Positions 23,844-36,292 of a stretch of DNA of 64,000 nt are shown piece after piece. How positions within the stretch are numbered: the first letter of the stretch is position 1; each line of letters starts with the position of its first letter. Location: positions 64,818 to 128,817 of the forward strand of contig MU008228.1 of NCBI GenBank assembly GCA_010909165.1. Reading direction: 5' to 3'. This stretch comes from Anthoceros angustus. Lineage: Eukaryota; Plantae; Anthocerotophyta. Position numbers and translations under genes: made by a program. Under the pieces are notes generated by a model, which saw only the letters and a program-made list of their open reading frames with translations, did no database searches and had not been told where the DNA came from.

Positions 23844-26450
23844 TGAAGAAATAATAATTAGTTATAGTGTGTTGACTCATGCTAGGGTTGGCTAATCTTT
23901 AGTTAGTTAACCTATGATGCATATAAACTAGGCTTAGTCACCGTACCCATTCACTAGGGTTGTGTCTCTCATAGACGTACCGCTTAACTTCTTAGTCAAG
24001 TTGTCTTTAAAGCATAAGCAAGTTACTTCTTTATTGATTCATTCATTTCAATCAACAATGTAATTGTCAATAATTTATTCCTTGTTCAATTCACATAAAT
24101 TCTTCATGGTATCAGAGCAGGGATAGATGGAGATGCATTTAGAATGCACACAAAATTTTTCTGCATCAGAAGATGTGCAGAAAGATATAATTTATTGTTG
24201 TTTTGAATAAGAAAATGTTCTTGAAAAAGAACTTAATAGAAACATCAAGAAATGAATTTTGTGTTGTTTTTCTTTAAAATCTATATAGATTCTTGCTGCA
24301 TTAGGTAGCCATTCTAACGTGCATCCATTGAATTGCTTCCTTGAGCAATTGCATGGAGATACACTAGAACAGCTGCCCAATGGGCAAAATTACAGATAGA
24401 AAAATACAAAAGAAAAATAAGATGCAGAATTTCTGCACTTATAAAACTCAAATCTTTGTTCTTGCACATGGCCAATCTAGATGCGCACAACAGTGGCAAC
24501 AACGCCCTGCTACTCAGAATCATCCTAGGCAAAATAGGTCAAGAATTGCTGATGGGCAGACAATTGCCTCTCAGTTACATTCTGGCATCCTACAATGCAG
24601 CCAACGAAACCAAAATCAACCTATGCACATTGCCGATCCGACAGATGCGTTTAATACAATAGTTGAACTGCTCTATCCTCAAGAGCAAAATCTGGTGTTT
24701 ACTCTTCCTCCAAGAAATCCACAGAATTTGCCTGAGCTGCGAGTGCAAAGAGCATTCAATGGTAACGGACAGCCGCGTGGTTTCATCACCACCCAATCTG
24801 CTCCAAACGTCCTTGTCAGGACTATAATCCAGCGAAAACAACAGAATTGTGAACAACGCTGCAACCAAATAAATGGACACCTATCTACAGCGAGTGTGGA
24901 CTTACAGGATCTGAAGGAGCAAATTGTGCACTTGGACTACAAGCTGGTTATGCTTTTGAAGCCCGAGCTGCTAAAAAATCCAGCATTCAGAAACACAGCC
25001 TGTAAACACGCAAGTAAGACAAATCGTGAGCGCAGTTTTGGCTCACCTAACTCGTGTCCGTCCTGCTCCACATATGCTTACAATAAGTTCGAGATGAGGA
25101 GCTCCAAAATTGCAGCTACGAGGATGATCTGGGATCGGAACCTGCAACACCAAAATCAACAAGCACTATGAGCAGTGTGCATGGATGGTCAAGACAATGA
25201 TCAGGAGGGACTTGAAAATCTCTTCAATACAATAGACGACGAACCTGAAGTTGAACAACCCACAAACATGGGAGACGCAGCTTTAACTCACAACTTTGGA
25301 AGTGGTAAATCCTTCAAGGAGAAGGATAGGTTCAATGACAATGACTTTGACATATGGCTCATCCGGATGGAGGGCGTTCTCGAGATGAGAGGCCTCCTTA
25401 AACATGCAACCGGGAAGGTAGAGAAACCTGACGAAGGATCTTCGGGAGAAACTGATTGGTTAGCTAAGGACAGCGGAGCCAAATACCTCATTCGCAGTGG
25501 CCTAACAACTGAAATATTGAGGCAGACAGCGGGGGTACAAACTTCAGCCGAAATCATGAATCGTCTAAATGAGCTCTATGCAGGGCAAAACATGGTCAGT
25601 GCAATGACTGCTTTACGAAATTTTCAGAATCTGCGGATGAAGGACGGGGACTCAGTTGAAAAAGCACGTGAGTACCTTTCGGACCCTAGCATCAAGGCTG
25701 CAGGGTGCCTCTAAATTCGCCATTGGAGATGATGAAATGGTGATGAGGCTTCTTCTCTCGCTCCCTGAATCATGGTCACATTTTGTGACCTCGCACACTG
25801 CTACACAAACACAGGCTACACTGTTAGTAAAGAAGCAAGGCATAGAGATGCCTGAGATGTCATTCTCACAGCTTGTGAGTTTTATGCTACAAGAAGAAGC
25901 AAGCAGAAACAATCACAAGAAAGCAGGGAAACAACAGGCCCTGTACACCTCAAATCAAGGACGAGGAGGCAATAAACCCTTCTCCAAAGGATGTGGTGGA
26001 AATCCTTCCAAGGGAGGTAGCTCACAAGGCGCAGCCTCATCTGGGAAGAAGACTAAAAAGCCAGGCACCTGCAACTGGTGCAAGCTGCCTGGACATTGGG
26101 AAAAGGAGTGTCGCAAAAAGCAAGCTGGAGTTCCTCGAAAGGAGGGGACCAGCGCTGAAACACATGTTGTGGTAAAGAAGGCCAATACCCCATCAGCTCT
26201 TACAGTTGGGACTAGGGAGTTTGCTAGTCCACTGCTGCTTCCCACTTGCCTTTCTGCCAAAGCTAATCTGAAACCAACAGAAGAGTGGTATTTGGACACT
26301 ACAGCACACATATGCTTTGATATAAACGTTTTAAAAACATATAGGTCTGTTTGAGATCAGTACGTTTACCTTGGGGACGACAGGTCTCTAGACCAGGTCG
26401 TGGCACAGTCGAGTTGTCGGTTCCATCTGGCATCACACTCACATTATTAG
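23844..26450 (+). mobile_element. 3'-truncated Ty1/copia LTR retrotransposon (element E)
   Basis: LTR 23844-24106 (TGAAGAA...TTCTTCA). PBS TGGTATCAGAGC (tRNA-iMet) at 24107-24118. Gag 25175-26354 with KEKDRFN...WLIRM and CNWCKLPGHWEKEC knuckle. Degenerate protease WYLDT. No second LTR. Confidence 0.88.
24380..25171 (+). CDS. Extra ORF upstream of gag in element E (263 aa, unknown)
   Basis: Long open frame between PBS and gag, with a heptad-like segment VDLQDLKEQIVHLDYKLVMLL. Confidence 0.45.
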   Translation: MGKITDRKIQKKNKMQNFCTYKTQIFVLAHGQSRCAQQWQQRPATQNHPRQNRSRIADGQTIASQLHSGILQCSQRNQNQPMHIADPTDAFNTIVELLYPQEQNLVFTLPPRNPQNLPELRVQRAFNGNGQPRGFITTQSAPNVLVRTIIQRKQQNCEQRCNQINGHLSTASVDLQDLKEQIVHLDYKLVMLLKPELLKNPAFRNTACKHASKTNRERSFGSPNSCPSCSTYAYNKFEMRSSKIAATRMIWDRNLQHQNQQAL

Positions 26451-26901
26451 ATGCCAGAGATGACCGGGGAAAGGCCTAGGTGAGACAATCCTGGCATGCA
26501 AAGGCGTCCAAATGTTCAGAGATGGGCTTGGGTGTTGGCCTTTTGCTTGGGTGGAGCTTAACAGCCCTAATCCACCTTCATAGCTAGGATGAGGGCATGC
26601 CCTCCACACAAATCACATTTCGCCTCTATGGCTTCCTATCCTCGCGGCTCACCCCTAAATTCAGCATGTCTCGTAATCGAGGAGGTGGGGATGCTCATGT
26701 GCTGTTTTTGCACTTGCTTCTCACAAGACCCACTACTTTGGGAGGAATGCCCATTCATTCTGAACAGAGGAATAAGCCTCTGCGGCATGTTCATGTGTCC
26801 GTTTGGACAGAGATGGGGTTAACAAAGCACTTTCATCCCGACAAGAAATTGCAATAGTCTATGACGTATACACTCAAACTCTGGGTCGTCCACCATTATT
26901 C

Positions 26902-28417
26902 TCACGGACGACCTTTACAACTGCAACAACCAGCTGCGAATCGATGCACACGGTACTTCTTCGTTACCATCAGAGGTGTCCCACTCGGAGTGTTCAACAG
27001 ACCAAACGCCAGAGCTAGTTTCTCAGCATGCCCACAAAGCGCATCTTCCTTTTCCTTCCGAGACAGGGGCTTCAACACCAATTTTCTGTGAGGTACGTGG
27101 CCTCCTTCCTGTTTCACAAGAGAATTGGTGACCTCTACCTTCAGTGCAATATCCTCTCTCCTTTCTCCCACCAGGAACCTATGGACCTCCTTATTCACCT
27201 CAATGGTCGCCACTGCAGGTTTCTTGTTAGCTCCTGCTACCATCCGCTGTGTTTCAATCCTCCACCTACCTGCATAGGCATTGGGCGCCTCCTGGGGGTT
27301 CAGCCTAACAATGCTTTCAAAACACCACATCGCCCTCTCTATATCCCCGTGACTTTTGCAGGCTCTCAACAAAGACGTCAATCCTACAACATCATTTTGC
27401 CCAAAAATGATAATAGAATCGTCTCTGCCTCATCCAAAAAGCCCGCACACCCAAGAAGATCAATCATGCAGGTGTAATGCTCAACAGGAGGTTTGATGCC
27501 ATGCTCTTCAGCCATGGAATCAAAGCGCTTGCGCCCCTCATCCACCAGTCCCTCATGACTGCATGCTACTAAAAGGCAAGAAAAACTAGCCCCATCAGGC
27601 TGGATGCCGGCAACTAAACATCTCCTCAAAACAAGCTAGTGCCTTGAGACCTTCATCACAAGTACCATACCCACCAATCAGGGCTGTCCATGTCACCACA
27701 TCCTTTCTGTTCATGCTGTCAAAAACCTGCCGTGCATCTTCCAGTTCACCACATTTTGAATACATGTCCACCAGGCAGGTGCCCACCACTGCGTCATCCA
27801 GCAGTCCTCTTTCAACGATCTGTGAGTGCAACTGCCAGCCCTTCTGTAAGGCGCCAGTGCTTGCACAGGCCTTCAGAAGGCACGCAAAAGTAAAATGGTT
27901 AGCGAAAATGAGGCCCTCGCGCTCCATTTGTCCTTACACAACAAGTGCCTCTTGGCCGGTTCCTTGGTGTACATACCCAGCAATCAGAGCATTCCATGTC
28001 ACCACATCCTTTTTGGCCATGCTTTCAAAAACCTGGCGTGCATCTTCCAGTTCACCAGATTTTGCATACATGTCCACCAGGCAGGTGCCCACCACTACGT
28101 CATCCAGGAGTCCTCTTTCGATAATCTGTGAGTGGAGTTGCGTGCCCTTCTGTAAGGCACCAGTGCTTGCACAGGCCTTCAGAAGGCAAGCAAAAGTTGC
28201 ATGGTTAGCCACAATCAGGCCCGCCTCCTCCATTTGTCCATACACAACAAGGGCCTCTTGGCCAAGTCCTTGCTGCGCATACCCAGCAAGCAGGGCATTC
28301 CATGTCACCACATGGGTGCACTCCCTGAGGTGAGGTGGGCCGGAGTTCCTCCTAGGATCCCTGAACACGCTCCAATTTGTTGGGTCCACAGGGGTCCGGT
28401 TGCCATACTGCGGCCAT
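26902..28417 (-). pseudogene. PPR-DYW:KP copy 6 lacking the PDF motif, N-cap and CxxC
   Basis: Leader (ATG 28417) is fused near 28310 directly to VVTWNALL. Two triplets. The DYW domain reads PLMVTK-KYRVHRF...GRP, so NLRMCxDCH is deleted. Confidence 0.85.
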
Positions 28418-29052
28418 CGTTCAGGAACCGTCGTCGGAAGATGACTTTAAGTGGCGGGATCTCCGGGTACTGTGTATGACCACACCACCCTGAAGGAGTG
28501 AGCACACTGTTTTGCATTGCTCACCTACAAACAAACAGCACAAGACATGTTATTATAGCAGCGCTATGGCGTACCGTTTTGGGCAGGGGGCTTACTTTCT
28601 TTCTTTTTGGCGGAGCTGGCCGTCCACCGAGTTGGATCCCCAGCTTGGTACACGGAGCCAGATGGAGCTCCAGCTAGGCCCAGTAACCACCAAAGGCTGG
28701 GCACAGGCTCGATCCTCGATCGGGCCAGCCCGCGATCGCAGCCAGGCCGTGCCGTGGGTGCATGCCAGCAGCCAGGCCGAGATTAGGCACCATGCCCACC
28801 CGTGATTAGGCTAGATTCGATCATTGAGGCCGAGAGCGAATCCATTCAGGCTTTTTAATTCCATTCCGGCGCCTGATCGACTCAGGCCTCCATCATTCAG
28901 GCTTGATGACAGGCCCCCCATGACCTTCAGAGGTCGGGCCAGGCCTGAATCGCCTCAGGCTTGGCTGAATCGATAGATTCACCCCACAGGAAAAACCAAC
29001 GGTCTCCGGCGTACAAACTTGGGCACCGACTACTTTCTTCATATTATTACTT

Positions 29053-32000
29053 TCACGGTCGACCTTTACAACTGCAACAACCAGCTGCGAATCGATGTAC
29101 ACGATAACCATCCCTTACAACAATGTTTCTCTTCTCAATCCTTGACATGATCTCCGTGGAACTGTGACAGTCGCTGCACATGCGTAGATTCTTCGTTACC
29201 ACCAGAGGTGTCCCACTCGGAGTGTTCAACAGACCATACGCCAGAGCTAGTTTCTCAGCATGCCCACAAAGCACATCTTCCTTTTCCTTCTCAGACAGTG
29301 GCTTCAACACCAACTTTGTGTGAGGTACGTGGCCTCCTTCCTGCTTCAGACGTGCATTCGTGCTCTCTACCTTTAACGCAATATCATCTCTTCTTTCTCC
29401 CACTGCAAATGTATGTACCTGCTTCTTCACCTCAACGGTCGCCACAGCAGGTTTCTTGCTAGCTCCTGCTGCCATTCTCTGTGTTTCAATCCTGTCTGCA
29501 TCGCTCCACCTACCTGCATCTGCATAGGCATGGGCCATAAGCACGTACGCAGACGCCCTTTGAGGATCCAGCCTAACAAGGCTTTCAAAACACAACATTG
29601 CCCTCTCTATATCCCCATGACTTTTGCAGGCATTAAGCAAAGACATCCACCCCACGACATCACTTTGACTTTCGAATGATAATAGCATCTTCTCAGCCTC
29701 ATCTAAATGGCCCGCACGCCCAAGAAGATCAATCATGCAGGTGTAATGCTCAACAGTAGGTTTGATGCCATGCTCTTCAGCCATGGAATCAAAGTGCTTG
29801 ACCCTCGTCCAGTCCTCATGACTGCATGCTACTAGAAGGCAAGTAAAAGTAGCACCATCAGGCTGAATACCGGCAACTAACATCTCCTCAAAACAAGCTA
29901 GTGCCTTGTGACCTTCATCACAAGTACCATACCCAGATATCAGGGCGGCATTCCATGTCACCACATCTTTGTGTTCATGCTGTCAAAACCTGGCGTGCAT
30001 CTTCCAGTTCACCACATTTTGCATACATGTCCACCAGGCAGGTGCCCACCACTACCTCATCCAGCAGTCCTCTTTCCACAATCTGTGAGTGCAGCTGCCT
30101 GCCCTTCTGTAAGGCACCAGTGCTTGCACAGGCCTTCAGAAGGCAAGCAAAAATAACATGGTCAAAATGAGGCCTTCTTGCTCCATTTGTCCATACAACA
30201 AGCCTCTTGGCTCCTGCTGCCATTCTCTGTGTTTCAATCCTGTCTACATCGCTCCACCTACCTGCATCTGCATAGGCATGGCCATGAGCACATACGCAGA
30301 CGCCCTGAGGTCCAGCCTAACAATGCTTTCAAAACACCACATCTCTCTATATCCCCGTGACTTTTGCAGGCATTCAACAAAGACATCACCCCACACATCA
30401 CTTTGGCCTCATGATAATAGCATCTTCAGCCTCATCTAAATGGCCTGCACGCCCAAGAAGATCAATCATGCAGGTGTAATGCTCAAGTAGGTTTGATGCC
30501 ATGCTGTTCAGCCATGGAATCAAAGTGCTTGCCCTCGTCCACCAGTCCTCATGACTGCATGCTACTAGAAGGCAAGTAAAAGTAGCATCAGGCTGAATAC
30601 CGGCAACTAACATCTCCTCAAAACAAGCTAGTGCCTTGTGACCTTCATCACAAGCACCATACCCAGATATCAGGGCTGTCCATGTCACCACATCCTTTGT
30701 GCCATGCTGTCAAAACCTGGCGTGCATCTTCCAGTTCACCACATTTTGCATACATGTCCACCAGGCAGTTGCCCACCACTACGTTATCCAGCAGTCCTCT
30801 TTCAACAATCTGTGAGTGCAGCTGCCTGCCCTTCTGTAAGGCACCAGTGCACAGGCCTTCAGAAGGCAAGCAAAAGTAACATGGTCAGCCAAAATGAGGC
30901 CTCTTGCTCCATTTGTCCATACAACAAGCGCCTCTTGGCCCCTTGCTGTGCATACCCAGCAATCAGGGCATTCCATGTCACCACATCCTTTATGGCCAAG
31001 CTGTCGAAAACCTGGCGTGCGTCTTCCAGTTCACCACATTTTGCATACATGTCCACCAGGCAGTTGCCCAACACGACATTTTCCAGCAGTCCTCTTTTGA
31101 CAATCTCTGAGTGCAGCTGCCTGCCCTTCTCTATGGCACCAGTGCTTGCACAGGCATTGAGAAGGCAAGCAAAAGTAACATGGTTAGCCAAAGTGAGGCC
31201 CTCCTGCTCCATTTGTCCATGCAGAACAAGCGCCTCATGTCCAAGCCCTTGCTGGGCATACCCAGCAATCATTGCTGTCCATGTCACCACATTCTTTGTG
31301 ATCATGCTGTCAAAAATCTGGTGCGCATCGTTCAGTTCACCACATTTTGCATACCCAGCTATCAGGGCATTCCATGTCACCACATCCTTTGTGGCCATGT
31401 TGTCAAAAACCTGGCGTGCATCTTTCATTTGGCCACATTTTGCATACATGTCCACCAGGCAGTTGCCAACAAACAAGTCATTAGAATGCCACTGCACATC
31501 ATAGTGCACTTTTCTGCCAGATTCCAAGTCAGGCAATGCACAAGCTGAAGGGCAGCTACAAAGACGTGAGCATCCGCCTTCACTCCTGACCTACGCATCT
31601 CATGGTACAGTTGTATGGCCTCCTTAGGTTTCCATGCTTAGCATGCGCAGATTATGGAAAACCACATGAAGACGTTGGTTTGCCCACCCTGGTGAACACA
31701 TCCATGGCCTCCTGCAGCCTACCTCCACATGCATACATGCGCAAGATATGGTTCCCCAAGTATGCATTCGACTCGTACCCAAGTTTGACAGTGAGATCAT
31801 GAACTCGTCGCCCCACAACCAAATCCTTCTTAGCTGTACACAGTTTTAGCACAGTGTACAAGAGAGACTGAAATAGCAGAGTCTGTCTGCGCCAGAGATT
31901 CCAGGGCTCCAACGGCCTCAGAAAGCTTCCCTGCTGACATAACGTGCTCACGGTTCCAGCCGTTACGACGCCCATTTCCGATCCTGCACACTCCAGGTTC

Positions 32001-32403
32001 AGGCTTATCCGGAGAGCTGGACTCGAAGAGAGGCACCATGACCCATCTGCATATCCAAGGAAACGAGCTGTTCATCAACCCAAGCTGGCTTAAACATGTT
32101 GTTCAACCACAGCACCTCGCCGGACCCCTTACGCCGGAAGTCAGGCGAACGGAGCTCTTCTTATCTCGTCTGTTGTCCACCACATGGTAGGGTCCAGAAA
32201 AATTGTTGCCACAAGTGCTCCTGCTCCTGGCAACGACCATCGCTGGAAAACCGTCCCACCACATTTCTCGGGTGCTACACTGCTGCACCTGAGGCTTGGT
32301 GTTTGCCAGGGGACTCCTGAGGTGAGGTGAGCCGAGTTCCTCTAGGATCCCTGTACACACCAATTTGTTGGGTCCACAACGGTCCGGTTGCCATGCTGGC
32401 CAT
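29053..32403 (-). CDS. PDF-PLS-PPR-DYW:KP (GRP) copy 7 with internal duplication of the P2-L2-S2-E region (frameshifted)
   Basis: ATG at 32403, PDF at ~32065-32220. A first P2-L2-S2-E block at 30210-30690 is followed by a further L-S unit. ORF 29053-29964 has KPAVA, HAEKLALAYG, CSDCH and CCSCKGRP. Confidence 0.85.
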
Positions 32404-32783
32404 CGTTCAGGACCGTCGTCGGAAGATGACTAACAAAGACATGGCGGGTCCCCTACTGTGTGACCACACCACCCTGAAGGAGTGAGCAGACTGTTTTGCA
32501 TTGCGTACCTACAAAAAAGAAGACACGTAATGGTTGCGAAGGATGCGAAGTCGTGCTTCCTTTCGCGGTGTAGTAACTACTATCTAGCTGTCTACAACTT
32601 CCTCATTCCAGAAAGAGACGATTCACTGGACTCTGATTGTGTCCGTTATGATGGGAGGCGGATCAGCGTTAGCCATCCATGTGCATCCAGCGCAGGCACA
32701 GTCACCGTGTGACCCCACAGGAGAAAGCGGTGTTCTCCGGCGTACAGACTTGGGCACCGACTACTTTCTTCATATTGTTATTT

Positions 32784-35410
32784 TCACGCTCGACCTTTAC
32801 AACTGCAACAACCAGCTGCGAATCGATGCACACGATACCCATCCCTTACAACAATGTCCCTCTTTTCAAGCCTTGACATGATCTCCGTGGAACTGTGACA
32901 GTCACTGCACATGCGTAGATTCTTCGTTACCACCAGAGGTGTCCCACTCGGAGTGTTCAACAGACCAAACGCCAGAGCTAGCTTCTCAGCATGCCCACAA
33001 AGCACATCTTCCTTTTCCTTCTCAGACAGTGGCTTCAACACCAACTTTGTGTGAGGTACGTGGCCTCCTTCCTGCTTCAGACGTGCATTCGTGCTCTCTA
33101 CCTTTAACGCAATATCATCTCTCTTTCTCCCACCAAATGTATGTACCTGCTTCTTCACCTCAATGGTCGCCACTGCAGGTTTCTTGTTAGCTCCTGCCAT
33201 TCTCTGTGTTTCAATCCTGTCTACATCGGTCCACCTACCTGCATCTGCATAGGCATTGGCCATGAGCACATACGCAGACGCCCTGAGGTCCAGCCTAACA
33301 ATGCTTTCAAAACACCACATCGCCCTCTCTATATCCCCATGACTTTTGCAGGCATTCAACAAAGACGTCAACCCCAACATTACTTTGGCCTCATGATAAT
33401 AGCATCTTCTCAGCCTCCTCTAAACGGCCCGCACGGCCAAGAAGATCAATCATACAATTGTGATGCTCATTAGTAGGTTTGATGCCATGCTGTTTCGCCA
33501 TGCAATCAAAGTACTTGCGACCCTCGTCCACCAGTCCCTCATGACTGCATGCTACTAGAAGGCAAGTAAAAGTAGCACCATCAGGCTGAATACCGGCAAC
33601 TAACATCTCCTCAAAACAAGCTAGTGCCTTGTGACCTTCATCACAAGTACCATACCCAGATATAAGGGCATTCCAAGTCACCACATCCTTTGTGTTCATG
33701 CTATCAAAAGCCTGGCGTGCATCTTCCAGTTCACCACATTTTGCATACATGTCCACCAGGCAGGTGCCCACCACTACGTTATCCAGGAGTCCTCTTTCAA
33801 CAATCTGTGAATGCAGCTGCCTGCCCTTCTGTAAGGCACCAGTGGTTGCACAGGCTTTCAGAAGGCAAGCAAATATAACACGGTCAGCCAAAATGAGGCC
33901 CACTTCTTCCATTTGTCCATACAGCACAAGCGCCTCTTGGCCAGTCCTTGCTGCATACCCAGCAATCAGGGCCGTCCATGTCACCACATCCTTTGTGGCC
34001 ATGCTGTCAAAAACCTGGCGTGCATCTTCCAGTTCACCACATTTTGCATACATGTCCACCAGGCAGTTGCCCACCACAACGTTATCCAACAGTCCTCTTT
34101 CGACAATCAGTGAGTGCAGTTGCCTGCCCTTCTGTAAGGCACCAGTGCTTGCACAGGCCTTCAGAAGGCAAGCAAAAGTAACATGGTCAGCCAAAATCAG
34201 GCCCTCCTCCATTTGTCCATACACAACAAGCGCCTCTTGGCCGAGTCCTTGCTGCATACCCAGCAATCAGGGCATTCCATGTCACCACATCCTTTGTGGC
34301 CATGCTGTCAAAAACCTGGCGTGCATCTTTCAGTTCACATTTTGCATACATGTCCACCAGGCAGGTGCCAACAAACAAGTCAGGAGGAATGCCACTGAGC
34401 AACACATCACTGTGCACTTTTCTGCCAGATTCCAAGTCGGCAGCAAATGCACAAGCTTGAAGGGCAGCTACAAACACATGAGCATCTGCCTTCACTCCTG
34501 ACCTACGCATCTCATGGTACAGTTGTACGGCCTCATTAGGTTTCCCATGTTTAGCATGGGCAGAGATGATGGAAGACCACATGAAAACATCTGGTTTGCC
34601 TACCCTGGTGAACACATCCATGGCCTCCTCTAGCCTACCTCCACATGCATACATGCGCAAGATATGGTTCCCCAAGTATGCATTCGACTCGTACCCAAGT
34701 TTAACAGTGAGATCATGAACTCGTCGCCCCAAAACCAAATCCTTGCTAGCTGTACACAGTTTCAGCACAGTGCAAAACAAAGACAGCGGAATAGCAGAGC
34801 CTGTCTGCGCCAGAGATTCCAGGGCTCCAACGGCCTCTGAAACCCTCCTCTGCTGACAAAACATGCTCACGGTTCCAGGCGTTACGACGCCCATTTCCGA
34901 TCCTGCACGCCTGCCAGGTTCAGACTTATCTGGAGAGCTGGACTTGGAAGGAGAGGCACCGTGAGCCATGTGCGTATCCAAGGAGACGAGCTTCTCATCA
35001 ACCCAAGCTGGCTTGAACATGCTGTTTAACCACAGGACCTCCCCGGACCCCTTGCGCCGGAAGTCAGGCGAACGGGAACGGGAGCTCTGCTTATCTCGTC
35101 TGTTGTCCCACCACATGGCAGGCTCCAGAAAGAATTGTTCCCACAAGTGCTCCTGCCCCTGCTCCTGCTCCTGCTCCTGGCAACGACCGGCATAGCTGGG
35201 AAAGGGAAATCTGTCCCCACTCACCCATTTTCTCGGAAGTGGAAGTGCTGGGCTCCTTACACTGCTGCACCTCCAGGCTTCATTGTTTGCCACGAGTTGA
35301 CTCCCTAAGATGAGGTGACCGGGACCCGGAGTTCCTCCTAGGATCCCTGTGTATGTACACGAGCCAATTTGTTGGGTCCACAACGGGTCCGGTTGCCATA
35401 GTGCGGCCAT
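32784..35410 (-). CDS. PDF-PLS-PPR-DYW:KP protein ending GRA (copy 8; few frameshifts)
   Basis: ORF 34187-35410 (leader, PDF, N-cap), 33391-34266 (two triplets, P2-L2-S2) and 32784-33380 (E, KPAVA, HAEKLA, CSDCH, CCSCKGRA). Confidence 0.92.
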
Positions 35411-36077
35411 CGTTCAGGGACCGCTGTCGGGAGATGATTGTGGCAGGGTCCCCGGGTACTGTGGATGACCACGCCACCTTGAAGGGGCGGGTAGTCTGTT
35501 TTGCATTCCTTACCTCCCAGAACTAAAACAAACAAACGTTATGGTTTCCAAGTTTGGGACGGAAACGGGGGGCATGTGCATGTGAAGTCATACGTATGCA
35601 TATGCTTCATGTCGGTTGCCCAGGTACCGCGTACGGCCTGGCAATGTCATACTCCTGGCATGGCCTTCCTCTCCCTCGCCCTCGCCCCCATTCTCTTTCT
35701 TCTCTTTGGGTACGACGCCGCGACCGGCAAGCGCAAGCGAGGGCGCTGGGAAACTATTTCAAAGTTCTCGCTTGCCCTAGACGGAAATGGAGGCTTTAGG
35801 TAAGAAAAAAACTGAGAAATCCCATGTACCCCTAGACCATCTCCCAGGCCAAAGGGAGACTATAGAGGAACAAACCAGGCAAAAAGTTCATTAGCCTCGC
35901 GATCGCTCATCTTGAAATTATCTACGACTCCAAAAATGTATGATCCGGGATATGACTCGGCCTACCTATCATTGATATAAAAGGGCCTACCTACCACTAG
36001 TGTCGAAGATGCAGCGATAACTAATTGGTGCGACGACGTTCATCATGTTCTTGCTTGCAAGTGCACGGAGGGAATGC

Positions 36078-36292
36078 CAAACCATGAGCATGACATGTGG
36101 GTTTGTCAGAGGAAGGCCGTACCATGAGCATGGCATGTGGGTTCGACAGAGGAAGGCCATACCATGAGCATGGCATGTGCAGAGAAAGGCCATACCATGA
36201 GCATGGCATGTGCAGAGAAAGGCCATACCATGAGCATGGCATGTGAGTTTGTCAGCGTGAAAAGAAGGTCATACCATAAGCATGGCATGTCG
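36078..36292 (+). repeat. 33-40-bp minisatellite
   Basis: Core CATACCATGAGCATGGCATGTG repeated ~6 times. Confidence 0.85.

Noticed and set aside
997-35410. Calling all PPR copies pseudogenes, or invoking programmed frameshifting
   Set aside because: Breaks are mostly 1-3-bp deletions at inconsistent positions, concentrated in repeats and also seen in the TEs. This fits long-read consensus error and cannot be resolved without reads.
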